Part shown: positions 18,508 through 27,880 of the stretch, piece by piece
Numbering within the stretch: position 1 is the stretch's first letter
Layout of the letters: each line of letters opens with the position of its first letter
NCBI GenBank assembly: GCA_963773895.1
Contig: CAVZDA010000009.1
Location: 2,814,933-2,878,932, forward strand
Reading direction: 5' to 3'
Length of the DNA stretch: 64,000 bases
Source of the DNA: an uncultured delta proteobacterium
GTDB taxonomy: Bacteria; Myxococcota_A; UBA9160
Translations under genes and position numbers: made by a program
Notes under the pieces: model-generated
What the model saw: only the letters and a program-made list of their open reading frames with translations
What the model was told of the DNA's origin: nothing
Databases searched by the model: none

Positions 18508-21039
18508 ATGATCTCGTCGCCCGCGTCGCCGCCCCGCGGTCCGCTCTCGCATCTGCGCGTCGTCGACCTGACCGACCTGCGCGGAGCGCTCGCGGGCCGC
18601 ATCCTCGCCGACCTCGGCGCGGACGTCGTGAAGGTCGAGCCGCCCGGCGGCGACGCCGACCGGCTGCGACCGCCCTTCGCCGGCGACGTGGCCGCCCCCG
18701 ACCGCTCCCTCCCGTTCCTCTTCCGTCACGCCAACAAGCGCGGCGTCGTGCTCGACGTCCACGCCGAAGCCGTGCCGCCTCGCCTCGTCGAGCTCTGCGA
18801 GCGTGCGGACGTGCTGGTCGAGAACCTCGCGCCGGCGGAGCCGCTGCGACACTGGCTGGCGTCGGAGGAGGCGCGCGAACGGCTGCCTCACCTGGTCCAC
18901 GTCACGATCTCCGACTTCGGGCTCTCGGGGCCTCGCGCGGACTGGCGGCTCGAGCCGCTGCCGGCGTTCGCGGCGTCGGGGGCCCTGCTCGCCTCGGGCT
19001 TCCCCGACCGCCCGCCGTGCTGGCTCCCGGGCCACGTGGCGCACGACTGCGCGGCGATCGCCGCGACGGTCGGAGCGCTCGCCGCGATCGGCGCTCGGGT
19101 GAGGCACGGCCTCGGGGACCGCGTGGAGGTCTCGGTCCAGGAGGCCGCCTGCGCCGGGCTCGATCCCTGGGCGGTCGCGCTGGCCGACTACGCGCGCGTG
19201 TATCCCGTCCTTCCGACATCGCTTCCGCGGGACGCGGAAGGTCCGGCGCTCGTCCTGCCGACGGAGGACGGCTTCGTCCGGATCCTCGCCGTCACGCCCC
19301 GCCACTGGCGGGCGTTCGCCGCCGTGCTCGCGAATCGCGACACGCCGGCGGTCCACGCCCCGGACGACGTCCTGGCTGCGCATCCGGGCGCGGGCGCCGT
19401 GGGTCTCGTCCGCGGCGGCCTCTCGGCGATGCTCGACGAGGCCGCGAGCGTGGCCCGGCGGGCGCTCCTCGGCGCCTCGCACCTCCCGCTCCCCGGAAGC
19501 TTCCTCGGCGTCTACCACGGCGCTCTGCGCGCGCTCCGGCGGCTCGGGAGCGAGCTGCTGCAAGGGCGGGCGCGCGCCGACGTGCTCGCCCACGCGCGGC
19601 GCGTCGGCCTGCCCATCACGCCCGTGAACAGCCTGGAGGAGTTCGTCGCGGAGGAGCAGACGCGGGTGCGGGGCACCTTTCTCCGGACGGGCTTCCCGCA
19701 CCTGGGCGATGCGCCCTTCGCGCCGTTCCCGTGTCGGCTGGAGCGGACTCCCGCCACGCTGCGCCGAGCCGCGCCGGCGCCGGGCGACGACGACCGCGCC
19801 GGCTTCCCCCCGGCCGCGCCTCCCGCGCAGAGCCCCGGCGCCGCGGGGCCTCCGCTCGACGGAGTGCGCGTGGTGACCTTCGGTGTCGGCGCGGTCGTGC
19901 CCGGGCTCTGCCGGACGCTCGCGGAGCTCGGCGCCGAGGTGATCAAGATCGAGTCGCACGGGAGCCCGGACTTCCTGCGCCGCCTCACGTTCGAGCCCGA
20001 GTCCCCGAACCGTTCCTGGCCGTTCAACGACGAGAACCGCGGGCAGGCGAGCGTCTGCCTCGACCTGAAGACGCCGCGCGGCCGCGAGCTCGCCCTCGCG
20101 CTCTGCGCGCGCGCCGACGTCGTCGCGGAGAACCGTCAGGGCGGCGCGCTGCGCCGGCTCGGCCTCGCCTACGAGGACGTCCGGCGCGTCCGTCCCGACG
20201 TGATCCATCTGAGCTCCCAGGGCTTCGGGGAGGGCGGGCCGCTCGCGGAAGCGCCGGCGTTCGGGCAGCTGAACGCCGCATTCTGCGGCATCGCATTCCT
20301 GTGGAACCCTCCCGACGCTCCCTATCCCGCAGGCTCGGCGCTGGAGCATCCCGACCACGTCGCGGGCCAGCTGGCAGCGGTCGCGGTGCTGGCCGCGCTC
20401 GAGCATCGGCGTCGCACCCACGAGGGGCAGCGCATCGAGCTCGCGCAGACCGAGGCGGCCGCGTTCCTCCACGGCGAGCTCTACCTGCAACGGGCGTGCA
20501 CGGGGCGGCCGGTCGTTCCCTGCGGAAACGCGGTCGACTACGCCTGTCCCCATGGTGTGTACCCGGCCGCGGGAACGGACCGTTGGATCGCGCTCGCCGT
20601 CGTGGGCGACGATGCCTGGGAGCGCTTCCGGGCGCGGCTGCGCTGGGGTCGCGATCCGGTGCTCGCGACGCTTCCGGGGCGCCTCTCGGCGCGCGCCGGG
20701 ATCGACGCGCGCGTGGCGGAGTGGACGCGGCGTCGCAACGCCGAGCGCATGGCGGAGGCGCTCCAGGCGATCGGCGTGTCGGCGATGCCGGTGCAGGGGC
20801 CGGAGGATCACCGTCGGGACCCCCATCTCCGCGCGCGCGGCGCGCTCGTCACGCTCGACGATCCCGAGATCGGACCCGTGCAGCACATCGCCAATCCGAT
20901 CCGGCTGACACGCGCCCCGCTCGTCACCGCCGGGCCCGCGCCGCGGCTCGGCGGCGACACCGGCGCAGTGCTCGCGCGCTGGCTCGGGCTCGATCGGCGG
21001 GAGATCGAGCGGCTGATCGGAGCGGGCGTCTGCGCGTGA
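18508..21039 (+). CDS. Tandem-fused family III CoA-transferase (two CaiB/BaiF domains in one 843-aa polypeptide)
   Basis: Domain 1 carries LRVVDLTDLRGALAGRILADLGADVVKVEPPGGD. Domain 2 carries GVRVVTFGVGAVVPGLCRTLAELGAEVIKIESHGSPD. Both show the characteristic N-terminal nucleotide-fold signature. Confidence 0.8.
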   Translation: MISSPASPPRGPLSHLRVVDLTDLRGALAGRILADLGADVVKVEPPGGDADRLRPPFAGDVAAPDRSLPFLFRHANKRGVVLDVHAEAVPPRLVELCERADVLVENLAPAEPLRHWLASEEARERLPHLVHVTISDFGLSGPRADWRLEPLPAFAASGALLASGFPDRPPCWLPGHVAHDCAAIAATVGALAAIGARVRHGLGDRVEVSVQEAACAGLDPWAVALADYARVYPVLPTSLPRDAEGPALVLPTEDGFVRILAVTPRHWRAFAAVLANRDTPAVHAPDDVLAAHPGAGAVGLVRGGLSAMLDEAASVARRALLGASHLPLPGSFLGVYHGALRALRRLGSELLQGRARADVLAHARRVGLPITPVNSLEEFVAEEQTRVRGTFLRTGFPHLGDAPFAPFPCRLERTPATLRRAAPAPGDDDRAGFPPAAPPAQSPGAAGPPLDGVRVVTFGVGAVVPGLCRTLAELGAEVIKIESHGSPDFLRRLTFEPESPNRSWPFNDENRGQASVCLDLKTPRGRELALALCARADVVAENRQGGALRRLGLAYEDVRRVRPDVIHLSSQGFGEGGPLAEAPAFGQLNAAFCGIAFLWNPPDAPYPAGSALEHPDHVAGQLAAVAVLAALEHRRRTHEGQRIELAQTEAAAFLHGELYLQRACTGRPVVPCGNAVDYACPHGVYPAAGTDRWIALAVVGDDAWERFRARLRWGRDPVLATLPGRLSARAGIDARVAEWTRRRNAERMAEALQAIGVSAMPVQGPEDHRRDPHLRARGALVTLDDPEIGPVQHIANPIRLTRAPLVTAGPAPRLGGDTGAVLARWLGLDRREIERLIGAGVCA

Positions 21040-21048
21040 CCCGGTCCT

Positions 21049-22080
21049 TCAGGTCTTCCGCTCGGGCGCGAGCCCATCCACGAAGCTGCGGAGTCGGAGC
21101 ACCGCGTCGGGCAGGTAGGGCAGGAAGCCCATGTGGCTGGTCGGATACCACTGGATCCTCGGCTTCCCCCAGCGCCGCCACATCGCGCGCATCACCGACG
21201 CACGGAAGAAGTGATCGTCCTTCGCGGCGAAGAGGTGGATGCGCTCGCTCGGAATCACCGGCCGGAGCTCGTCCCAGCCGATCCGCTTCGTGAACGCCGC
21301 GAAGTCGCGCGGCTTCCAGCCGAAGCGCGCGAGGTCGGCGCGCATCGCGCCGAGCACCGGCGCGTCGGCGACGAGGGCCCCGAGGTCCATGTGACCGATG
21401 AACGGCGCCGAGAACGCGAAGCCCGGCTCGAGACAGGTGAGCACGGCGGCGAGCGCTCCGCCGAGCGAGAGCCCCGCGACGCCGACCGGCCGCGTCGACC
21501 GCCTGCGCATCCAGGCGAGGAGCGTGCGCGCGTCGAGGAGCGTCTGGCGCAGCGACTCCACGCTCTGCACCAGGTCCGCGGTCCAGTAGAGCTCGCCGTC
21601 GAAGCGGGACGCGCGCGGCTTCCTGCGGCCGTGATACGGGGGCTGGAGCTGCACGACCTCCATCTGGAGCACCTGCGCCATCGTCGTCAGCAGCGCGAGC
21701 TCCTCGATCAGCGTCTCCGGCTGCATGTAGCCGTGGATGTAGAGGAGACGCGGCCGACGCGCCGCGGTGTCGGGCAGGATGCGCCGGACGTATACGGTGT
21801 GGATGCGGCGCCGGCGTGCGTGGTAGTAGCGGCGGAAGCCCGGCTCGAGCGGATCGTGGAGCGACTGGAAGCTGAGGTCCTCGCTCGCGAGCCCGGGCAG
21901 CCGCCAGCGCGCGCTGCGCTCGACCGCCGGGACGCGCGACGGCGCGGGAAACAGGACCTCGCGGTCCAGACCCTCGTAGACCCCGAGGCGGTCGAGCGTG
22001 TTGCGCGGCGCCGGACGGAGGACCTGCAGCGCGCGCGCGAGCACACCGGCCACGTCGTCGAGATGGGTGAGGTCCGGCAT
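21049..22080 (-). CDS. Alpha/beta hydrolase
   Basis: The nucleophile elbow GVAGLSLGG (GxSxG) is present, with a downstream His, and the length fits. Confidence 0.7.
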   Translation of the reverse strand: MPDLTHLDDVAGVLARALQVLRPAPRNTLDRLGVYEGLDREVLFPAPSRVPAVERSARWRLPGLASEDLSFQSLHDPLEPGFRRYYHARRRRIHTVYVRRILPDTAARRPRLLYIHGYMQPETLIEELALLTTMAQVLQMEVVQLQPPYHGRRKPRASRFDGELYWTADLVQSVESLRQTLLDARTLLAWMRRRSTRPVGVAGLSLGGALAAVLTCLEPGFAFSAPFIGHMDLGALVADAPVLGAMRADLARFGWKPRDFAAFTKRIGWDELRPVIPSERIHLFAAKDDHFFRASVMRAMWRRWGKPRIQWYPTSHMGFLPYLPDAVLRLRSFVDGLAPERKT

Positions 22081-22442
22081 GCGTGCGGCGATGTCCCTTT
22101 GGAGCAGCGGGTGCGGGGCAGGAGCGAGGATACTGCGGTTCGGGCAGAACCCGGCAGGTGCCGCGAGAGCGGGAGCGCGCGGCGCCTATCTCTTGGCGTT
22201 CGGGTCCTCGGCCAGGATCTGGTCGTCTGGGCGATCGACGCCGTTCTGTGTCGAATCCGATGAGGCGCCTTCCGCGGCTTCGCCCGTGAAGCGTCCGCGG
22301 AAGCACGCGTCGCAGATCCCGGAGCTCGTGCCGGTCAGGCCATGGCCGTCCTTCTCGGCGACGAGGCAGCCGCACCACGCGCACTCGACCCTCGTGGCGG
22401 GTCCTCCTGCGGGCGCAGGGAGCGCCCCACGCCGCCGGCCGC

Positions 22443-23003
22443 TCAGCCCGCGGTCGCGGCGGGCTTCGAGGCCAGGACGAGGTCGATGCGCCGGTTCCCG
22501 ACATGTGCACCGTCGCGCTTCACCGCGAGGCCATCGCGCTCCAGCGCCCGCGCGGCCCGTTCCGCTCTGCCGCGCACGGGGACCTCGGAGCCGACGATGA
22601 CGAGCCGACCCCCGGCGTTCAGCCGGTCGAAGAGCCGCGCGATCAGGCCGTCCGATCCGTCACCGGCCAGGCAGCGGTCTTCCATCAGGATCCGGTCGTA
22701 CTGCTGCGGGAACGTGGAGAAGCTCTGCGAATCCATCGAGACGACCCGGATCTTCGTCGCTCCGAGGAACGGTTCCAGCCGCTCCAGCGCCGGATCGACG
22801 ACGAGGATCTGGTATCGGAATGGAACGCGGTCGAGGAGCGCGAGCGTGCAGCGGGGCCAGGCCGCTCCCAGCTGGGCGATCAGTTGGTCGGGGTGCGGAT
22901 CGATCAGCGCCGCCAGGCGCTCGACGAGGTGCTCGATGCCCTCGACGCAATCCGCGGTCTTTGGCGTGCCGCGAGCCTCTGGACCGCGAACGGGGAGGGG
23001 GGA
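22443..23003 (-). CDS. Putative methyltransferase-like protein (weak support)
   Basis: The ORF has protein-like composition (IRVVSMD, YDRILMED and LNAGGRLVIVG resemble MTase motifs II and III). The start is uncertain (GTG chosen) and the N-terminal motif I is not evident. Confidence 0.3.
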   Translation of the reverse strand, partial: SPLPVRGPEARGTPKTADCVEGIEHLVERLAALIDPHPDQLIAQLGAAWPRCTLALLDRVPFRYQILVVDPALERLEPFLGATKIRVVSMDSQSFSTFPQQYDRILMEDRCLAGDGSDGLIARLFDRLNAGGRLVIVGSEVPVRGRAERAARALERDGLAVKRDGAHVGNRRIDLVLASKPAATAG

Positions 23004-23218
23004 CACGCCAGCATTCTCCGCTGGCGGCGGAGGGACGCGCCATCCACGGATCCGGGGATTCGTGCCCCCGCGAATCCGGGAACCCCGCCGTCGACCGAGG
23101 TGATTCCCTCTCGGCCGGCGAGCCGGGCCGCGATCGACACGAGCTGAGGCCCCCGGCTGCACGGCAGACCTGCGGCCGCGCGTCGAGGCGCCCACAGGTC
23201 ACGCAAGCGCTGGAAGGA

Positions 23219-23310
23219 TGGCGGAGAGGGAGGGATTCGAACCCCCGGTACCCTTGCGGGTACACCTGATTTCGAGTCAGGCCCGTTCAACCGGACTCCG
23301 GCACCTCTCC
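23219..23310 (-). tRNA. tRNA-Ser (anticodon CGA)
   Basis: The reverse complement reads GGAGAGG...CCTCTCCGCCA, giving a 7-bp acceptor stem. The anticodon stem CCTGA/TCAGG has the loop CTCGAAA. A long variable arm is present, a T-loop GGTTCGAATCC, and an encoded CCA. Confidence 0.85.
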
Positions 23311-23369
23311 GCGAGGGCGGCAACCTAGCACGCAGCCGAAGGCCACGGCCCGCCCCGAGACGCGCCTCG

Positions 23370-24296
23370 TCAGCCCGCCCGGCGCGCCGTCAGCACGGGG
23401 CACGGCGCGTGCTGCACCACCCGCTCGGCGGTGCTGCCGAGCAGGAAGTGCCGGATGCCCGACCGGCCGTGCGTCCCCATCGCGATCAGGTCGACGTTCG
23501 CTGCGCGCGCCTCCTCCTCGATCACCGTCGGCGGATAGCCCTCGCGCGTCACGACGTCGACGGTCAGCCCCAGCTTGCGCAGCGGTGTCGCGAGCTCCTC
23601 GAGCTGCCTCTGCGCCTGCTCCGCGGCGTCGGAGAAGAGGCGCGGCGTGACGGGCACCGTCCCGAGGGCGGTGAACTCGACGGGCAGGTGGTAGGCGTGC
23701 AGCAGCACGAGCCGCGCCTTGCCGTCGACGGCGTGCAGCACGCGGCGCGCCTCGCGGATCGCGTGCGCCGCGTCCTCGGAGAAGTCCGTCGGCACGAGGA
23801 TCGTGCGGAACTCGCGGTGCTTGTCGGCGTCTCCCGGGTGGACCGTCAGCACGGGCACGGCGGCGCCCTGCACGATCTTCTCCGCGGTGCTGCCGAGCAG
23901 CAGGTGCCGGAACCCGGTGAGCCCGTGCGTCCCGACGACGATCAGGTCCACCCCGTGCTTCGTGGCGAGATCGAGGATGGTCGGAGCGGAGGGACCGACG
24001 TCCAGATCCTGCGTCACGCTCACGCCGCGCGTGCGGACGCGCTCGGCCGTCTCGGTGAGGCGCTGGAGGGCGGCCAGCCGGTACTGCTCCTGGAAGTCGG
24101 GCGGAAGCGCGACGAAGTCCGGGCTCGCCGCCGGCGGGATCGGCGGCGCGAGCGCGTGCACCAGCACGATCGACGCGCCGTGGGTCTTCGCCAGCAGCGT
24201 CGCCCACTCGAGCGCGGCGGCGGAGGTGGGGGAGAAGTCGGTGGCGGTGAGGATCTTCCGGACCGGCTCGGACTTCGTGGTGGCTTCACTTCCCAT
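23370..24296 (-). CDS. Universal stress protein (tandem UspA domains)
   Basis: Two UspA modules are present (KILTATDFSP...VHAL and TILVPTDFSE...). G(x)2G(x)9G-like ATP-binding motifs are also present (GTHGRSGIRHFLLGSTAE). Confidence 0.85.
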   Translation of the reverse strand: MGSEATTKSEPVRKILTATDFSPTSAAALEWATLLAKTHGASIVLVHALAPPIPPAASPDFVALPPDFQEQYRLAALQRLTETAERVRTRGVSVTQDLDVGPSAPTILDLATKHGVDLIVVGTHGLTGFRHLLLGSTAEKIVQGAAVPVLTVHPGDADKHREFRTILVPTDFSEDAAHAIREARRVLHAVDGKARLVLLHAYHLPVEFTALGTVPVTPRLFSDAAEQAQRQLEELATPLRKLGLTVDVVTREGYPPTVIEEEARAANVDLIAMGTHGRSGIRHFLLGSTAERVVQHAPCPVLTARRAG

Positions 24297-24716
24297 CTTC
24301 TCTTACTCCTCCCATGGGCTCGCTGGACCCATCGGTACGGTGGATCGTGGGCCCGGGATCGCGCGGGTGACAGCCTACACGACCCCGGCGTGACACCGCC
24401 GGGCCGCCCGATCCTGGCGTTCGGTGCCCTCCGTCACAATTCCATGGAGAACGGCCTCGTCCGGCCCGGGTTGCCCATGGCCCTCGACATTCGCCGTGCT
24501 AGGGTTCGCGCCCGAGAGGCATCCTTGCGTGATCGGTTCGATGTGTCTGGGTTCGTCCCACCGCAGCGTGATCGTCTGATGGGAATGCCTGTCCCGGCCG
24601 GATCGAGAAGGCGTTCCCAATCTCCTCCTCACTGACCGGATAGAGCGGCGTCTCCGGGCACCGGACGGACCGGGTCGGAGCGCCACAAAGTGCGCTCGCA
24701 GAAATGCGGGCGTGGA

Positions 24717-25082
24717 GTGACTGGTTCCTTGGCAAAGAAGCTTTACGTCGGCAATCTGCCTTTCTCTGCGACGGAAGATGAAGTGCGCGAGCTGTTCTCG
24801 CGGCACGGCTCCGTCAACTCCGTGGCCCTGATCAACGACCGGGAGACCGGTCGTCCTCGCGGCTTCGGCTTCGTCGAGATGGATGACTCGGGCGCAGGCT
24901 CGGCGATCTCCGCTCTCGACGGCAAGGACTTCGGTGGACGCAGCCTGCGCGTCTCCGAGGCCCAGGATCGCCGGGGCGGCGGCGGTGGCGGCGGCGGCGG
25001 CGGTGGCCGCGGTGGCTACGGCGGAGGCGGCGGTGGCCGTGGCGGCTACGGAGGCGGCGGCGGCGGCCGCGGCGACTGGTAG
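24717..25082 (+). CDS. RRM-type RNA-binding protein with a glycine-rich (RGG/YGG) C-terminal tail
   Basis: RNP2 is KLYVGNL and RNP1 is RGFGFVEM. The tail reads RGGGGGGGGGGRGGYGGGGGGRGGYGGGGGGRGDW. The start is ambiguous: GTG 24690, GTG 24717 or TTG 24729 (the last gives MAKKLYVGNL). Confidence 0.8.
   Translation: MTGSLAKKLYVGNLPFSATEDEVRELFSRHGSVNSVALINDRETGRPRGFGFVEMDDSGAGSAISALDGKDFGGRSLRVSEAQDRRGGGGGGGGGGGRGGYGGGGGGRGGYGGGGGGRGDW
24968..25080 (+). repeat. GGC/GGT-rich low-complexity codon repeat that encodes the glycine tail of the RRM protein
   Basis: Visible tandem ggcggc(ggt) units. The repeat is coding, not CRISPR-like. Confidence 0.6.
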
Positions 25083-25108
25083 CAGGGCGCCCCTTCGCAG
25101 CGATTCGA

Positions 25109-25138
25109 GCCCGGGCCGCCGCACGCGGCGGCCCGGGC
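25109..25138 (+). terminator. Intrinsic terminator-like hairpin after the RRM gene
   Basis: A perfect 13-bp inverted repeat gcccgggccgccg-cacg-cggcggcccgggc lies 27 nt after the stop codon. Confidence 0.5.
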
Positions 25139-25220
25139 CATCCCTTCGATCCGTTTCGCGTGACACGCATCTGTGTGCCGCGCGGACCGTCTGACACACC
25201 AATGTCCCGGAGCACCCTGA

Positions 25221-25460
25221 TTGGCGCGTGACGACCTGATCCAGACCACCGGCACCGTCGAGAAGATTCTCGGCGGAGGGCGGTATCAGATCACGCTGGA
25301 GACCGGCCAGACCGTCACCGCGCAGCTCTCGGGCCGCATGCGTCGCTTCCGCATCCGCGTGATCCCTGGTGACCGCGTCCAGATCGGCCTCTCGCCCTAC
25401 GACCCCACCCACGGCTTCATCACCTTCCGGCTGCGCGACGGCGGTCCGCCGGAAGGCTAG
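25221..25460 (+). CDS. infA: Translation initiation factor IF-1
   Basis: The translation MARDDLIQTTGTVEKILGGGRYQITLETGQTVTAQLSGRMRRFRIRVIPGDRVQIGLSPYD matches the IF-1 S1-like fold consensus. The start codon is TTG. Confidence 0.85.
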   Translation: MARDDLIQTTGTVEKILGGGRYQITLETGQTVTAQLSGRMRRFRIRVIPGDRVQIGLSPYDPTHGFITFRLRDGGPPEG

Positions 25461-25463
25461 GCG

Positions 25464-26111
25464 TTGGCTCCGCTCGCCGGCCTCGTCCTCCGTGCGATCC
25501 AGGCCTGGGATCGCCTCCGCCTCCGTCGCCTCCAGCGCGCACACCCCGGTCTCGAGATCGATTCGACCGCGAGCTCGAACCTCGCCGTGGCGAGCATCGA
25601 GCTCGGGCCGGGCGCGCGTCTGCGCATCGGGCGGCGCGTGACGACCGAGCGCACGCCGGGCGCCCTGCGCATCGTCGTGGGGGCGGGGGCGTCGATCGAG
25701 ATCGGCGACGACACGTGGCTCCGTACGGAGCTCGCGCCGAACCATCTCGTGGCGTTCGCGGGCGCGCGCATCGTGCTCGGGCCCGGGAGCTGGCTGAACG
25801 GCGCCCATCTCTCCGCGAAGCAGGGCATCCTGTGCGGCCGGCGCGCGTGGATCGGGCCCGGCTGCCGCGTGATCGATTCGGACCAGCACGCCCTCGACGC
25901 GGAGCATCCCGAGCGCACCGCGGCGATCACCCTCGGCGACCACATCTGGATCACGTCCGACGTGACGGTGCTGCGCGGCGTGTCGATCGGCGATCACTGC
26001 GTCGTGGGCGCACGTTCGGTGGTCGCGCACGACCTGCCGCCGCACACCCTCGCGCACGGTGTCCCCGCGCACGCGCACGGCAAGGTGGGCGACCGCAGCA
26101 CGGCGGAGTGA
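25464..26111 (+). CDS. Hexapeptide-repeat (left-handed beta-helix) acyl/acetyltransferase
   Basis: Repeated [LIV]-G-x-x-x-x hexads (IGDHIWITSDVTVLRGVSIGDHCVVGARSVV) resemble maltose/galactoside O-acetyltransferase. The start is apparently TTG. Confidence 0.7.
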   Translation: MAPLAGLVLRAIQAWDRLRLRRLQRAHPGLEIDSTASSNLAVASIELGPGARLRIGRRVTTERTPGALRIVVGAGASIEIGDDTWLRTELAPNHLVAFAGARIVLGPGSWLNGAHLSAKQGILCGRRAWIGPGCRVIDSDQHALDAEHPERTAAITLGDHIWITSDVTVLRGVSIGDHCVVGARSVVAHDLPPHTLAHGVPAHAHGKVGDRSTAE

Positions 26112-26133
26112 GGCGGCGTGGTAGGGTAGGGCC

Positions 26134-27063
26134 ATGGCGCTCCGCATCGCGATCTTCGGACAGGCGCAGTTCGGCAGGGACGTGGCCGTGCGGCTCGCCG
26201 ACGCGGGACACCAGATCGTGGCGGTCTACGCGCCGCCCGATCGCGGCGGACGTCCGGACCCGCTGGCCGCCGAGGCCGAGGCGCGCGGCATCCGGCTCCT
26301 GCGTCCGGTGCGCTTCCGCAGGCAGGGCGTCGCGATCCCGGAGCTCGTCGCCGAGCACGCCGCGCTCGGCGCGGACCTGAACGTCCTGCCCTACACGACC
26401 GTGATCATCCCGCTCGAGCTCCTCGACGCGCCGCGGCTCGGCTCGCTCTGCTTCCATCCCTCGCTCTTGCCGCGTTTCCGCGGCGGCGCCGCGATCCCCT
26501 GGCAGATCATGCTCGGGGAGCGCGTGACGGGCGTGTCGGTCTTCCGGCCCGACGCCGGCGTCGACACCGGGCCGGTCGTGGTGCAGCGCGGCGGGATCGA
26601 GATCGCGGCCACGGACACCGCGGCCACGCTCTACTTCTCGAAGCTGTATCCGCTCGGTGTCGAGGCCGTGGTCGAGGCGGTGGACGCCGTGGGTCGCGGC
26701 GTCGCGAAGCCCGTCGCGCAGGACGAGTCGAAGGCCACCTTCCAGAGTCTGGTGGACGACGCGGTGGCGCGGCTCGACTTCGCGAAGCCCGCTGCCGAGC
26801 TCGACCGCTGGATCCGCGGCTGCGACCCGCAGCCCGGCGCGCACGCCCGCAAGGGCGACGAGATGGTGCGGCTCTTCGACGGCCGCCTCCTCGCAGGCGA
26901 GGCGCCGGAGCCGCCGGGGACGCTCGTCGCGTGGGACGGCGACGCGGCAGTGCTCGCCGCCCGCGGCGGCCGGCTGCGCGTGGGCCGCGTGCGCGCGGGG
27001 CAGGACGGCAAGAAGGTTCCGCCGCGCGAGGCCGGCCTCGAGGTCGGCGACCGGCTCGCGTAG
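26134..27063 (+). CDS. Formyltransferase-family protein (Fmt/ArnA-like)
   Basis: The N-terminal formyl-transferase domain carries SLCFHPSLLPRFRGGAAIPWQIM (the HxSLLPxxRG catalytic motif). A C-terminal Fmt-like beta-barrel domain follows. Confidence 0.75.
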   Translation: MALRIAIFGQAQFGRDVAVRLADAGHQIVAVYAPPDRGGRPDPLAAEAEARGIRLLRPVRFRRQGVAIPELVAEHAALGADLNVLPYTTVIIPLELLDAPRLGSLCFHPSLLPRFRGGAAIPWQIMLGERVTGVSVFRPDAGVDTGPVVVQRGGIEIAATDTAATLYFSKLYPLGVEAVVEAVDAVGRGVAKPVAQDESKATFQSLVDDAVARLDFAKPAAELDRWIRGCDPQPGAHARKGDEMVRLFDGRLLAGEAPEPPGTLVAWDGDAAVLAARGGRLRVGRVRAGQDGKKVPPREAGLEVGDRLA

Positions 27064-27073
27064 GACGCGGCGA

Positions 27074-27826
27074 ATGGAACCCGCGGCGGCCGCCGGCGGC
27101 GGCTCCCTTCCGGCGGGGCTCGGCGGGCTGCTCGAGCCCGCCGGCTTCAACGTCGTGGGCGTGCTCGGAGCGGCCGCCTACGACGCGCTCGTCCCGGATC
27201 CGTGGCGCAGCGCCCGTCTCCTCCCCGGGGCGCGCTCGGTCCTCCTCCTGGCCTCCGGCGGCCGCGCCTTCTGGGACGCGCTCCAGCGCGCGCCCGAGGC
27301 CCGGCTCGCGCGCGACCCCGTCGACGCCTACACCGCACGCGTCGCCGCGGAGTGCGCGTCGCGGCCGGAGCTGCGTCGCGCGCGCGCGGCGCTCGCGTTC
27401 GAACGACATGGCGGGGTGTATGCCGACTTCGTGGCACTCGGACGGGCGGCGGGGCTCGGCGCGCCGAGCCGGCTCGGCCTCCTGCTCCACCCGCGCTTCG
27501 GTCCGTGGCTCTCCCTCCGGGCGGTCGTGCTGTGCGGGCGCGCGCTCGGGCCCACCCCGGCGCTCGCCGGCTTCGCGCCGTGCGAGGGGTGCCCCGCGCC
27601 GTGCGCGGCGGCGTGCCACGGCTCGGCAGTTTCTCCCACGGGGTTCGACACGCGCGCGTGTGGCGACACCCGCGCGCGCCAGCCTGCCTGCGCGGAGCGC
27701 TGCGACGCCCGCCGCGCCTGCGTCGTCGGGCGGGAGCACGCGTACGATCCGCGCGCGGAGGCGCACCACATGCGCGGTGCGTCCGCGCTCTCCGTGTGGG
27801 ACCCCCTCGCACCCGTGCGCACGTGA
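27074..27826 (+). CDS. Putative Fe-S protein resembling the epoxyqueuosine reductase (QueG) C-terminal region
   Basis: LLLHPRFGPWLSLRAVVL resembles the QueG motif HPxFGSWxFLG. Cysteine clusters follow (CEGCPAPCAAACHG...CGDTRARQPACAERCDARRAC). The protein is shorter than QueG. Confidence 0.4.
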   Translation: MEPAAAAGGGSLPAGLGGLLEPAGFNVVGVLGAAAYDALVPDPWRSARLLPGARSVLLLASGGRAFWDALQRAPEARLARDPVDAYTARVAAECASRPELRRARAALAFERHGGVYADFVALGRAAGLGAPSRLGLLLHPRFGPWLSLRAVVLCGRALGPTPALAGFAPCEGCPAPCAAACHGSAVSPTGFDTRACGDTRARQPACAERCDARRACVVGREHAYDPRAEAHHMRGASALSVWDPLAPVRT

Positions 27827-27880
27827 AGGGGACGCTCGCGCCGGCGGGCAGCGGGTTGCCGGACGGCAGCGGGCCGGGCC

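Noticed and set aside
22186-22400. Minus-strand reading frame encoding a Cys-rich zinc-ribbon-like peptide (ECAWCGC...CDAC) behind an AGGAGG sequence
   Set aside because: There is no ATG, GTG or TTG start in frame before the preceding stop. TGC codons are frequent by chance in this GC-rich context. It was not called as a gene.
23219-23310. tRNA-Ser as a possible genomic-island integration site
   Set aside because: There is no integrase, no direct repeat of the tRNA 3' end and no compositional shift in the flanks. The neighbours are housekeeping or stress genes.
24960-25080. Tandem GGC/GGT repeat that looks superficially like a short repeat array
   Set aside because: It is the coding sequence for the Gly-rich tail of the RRM protein. 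There are no spacers or direct repeats of CRISPR type.
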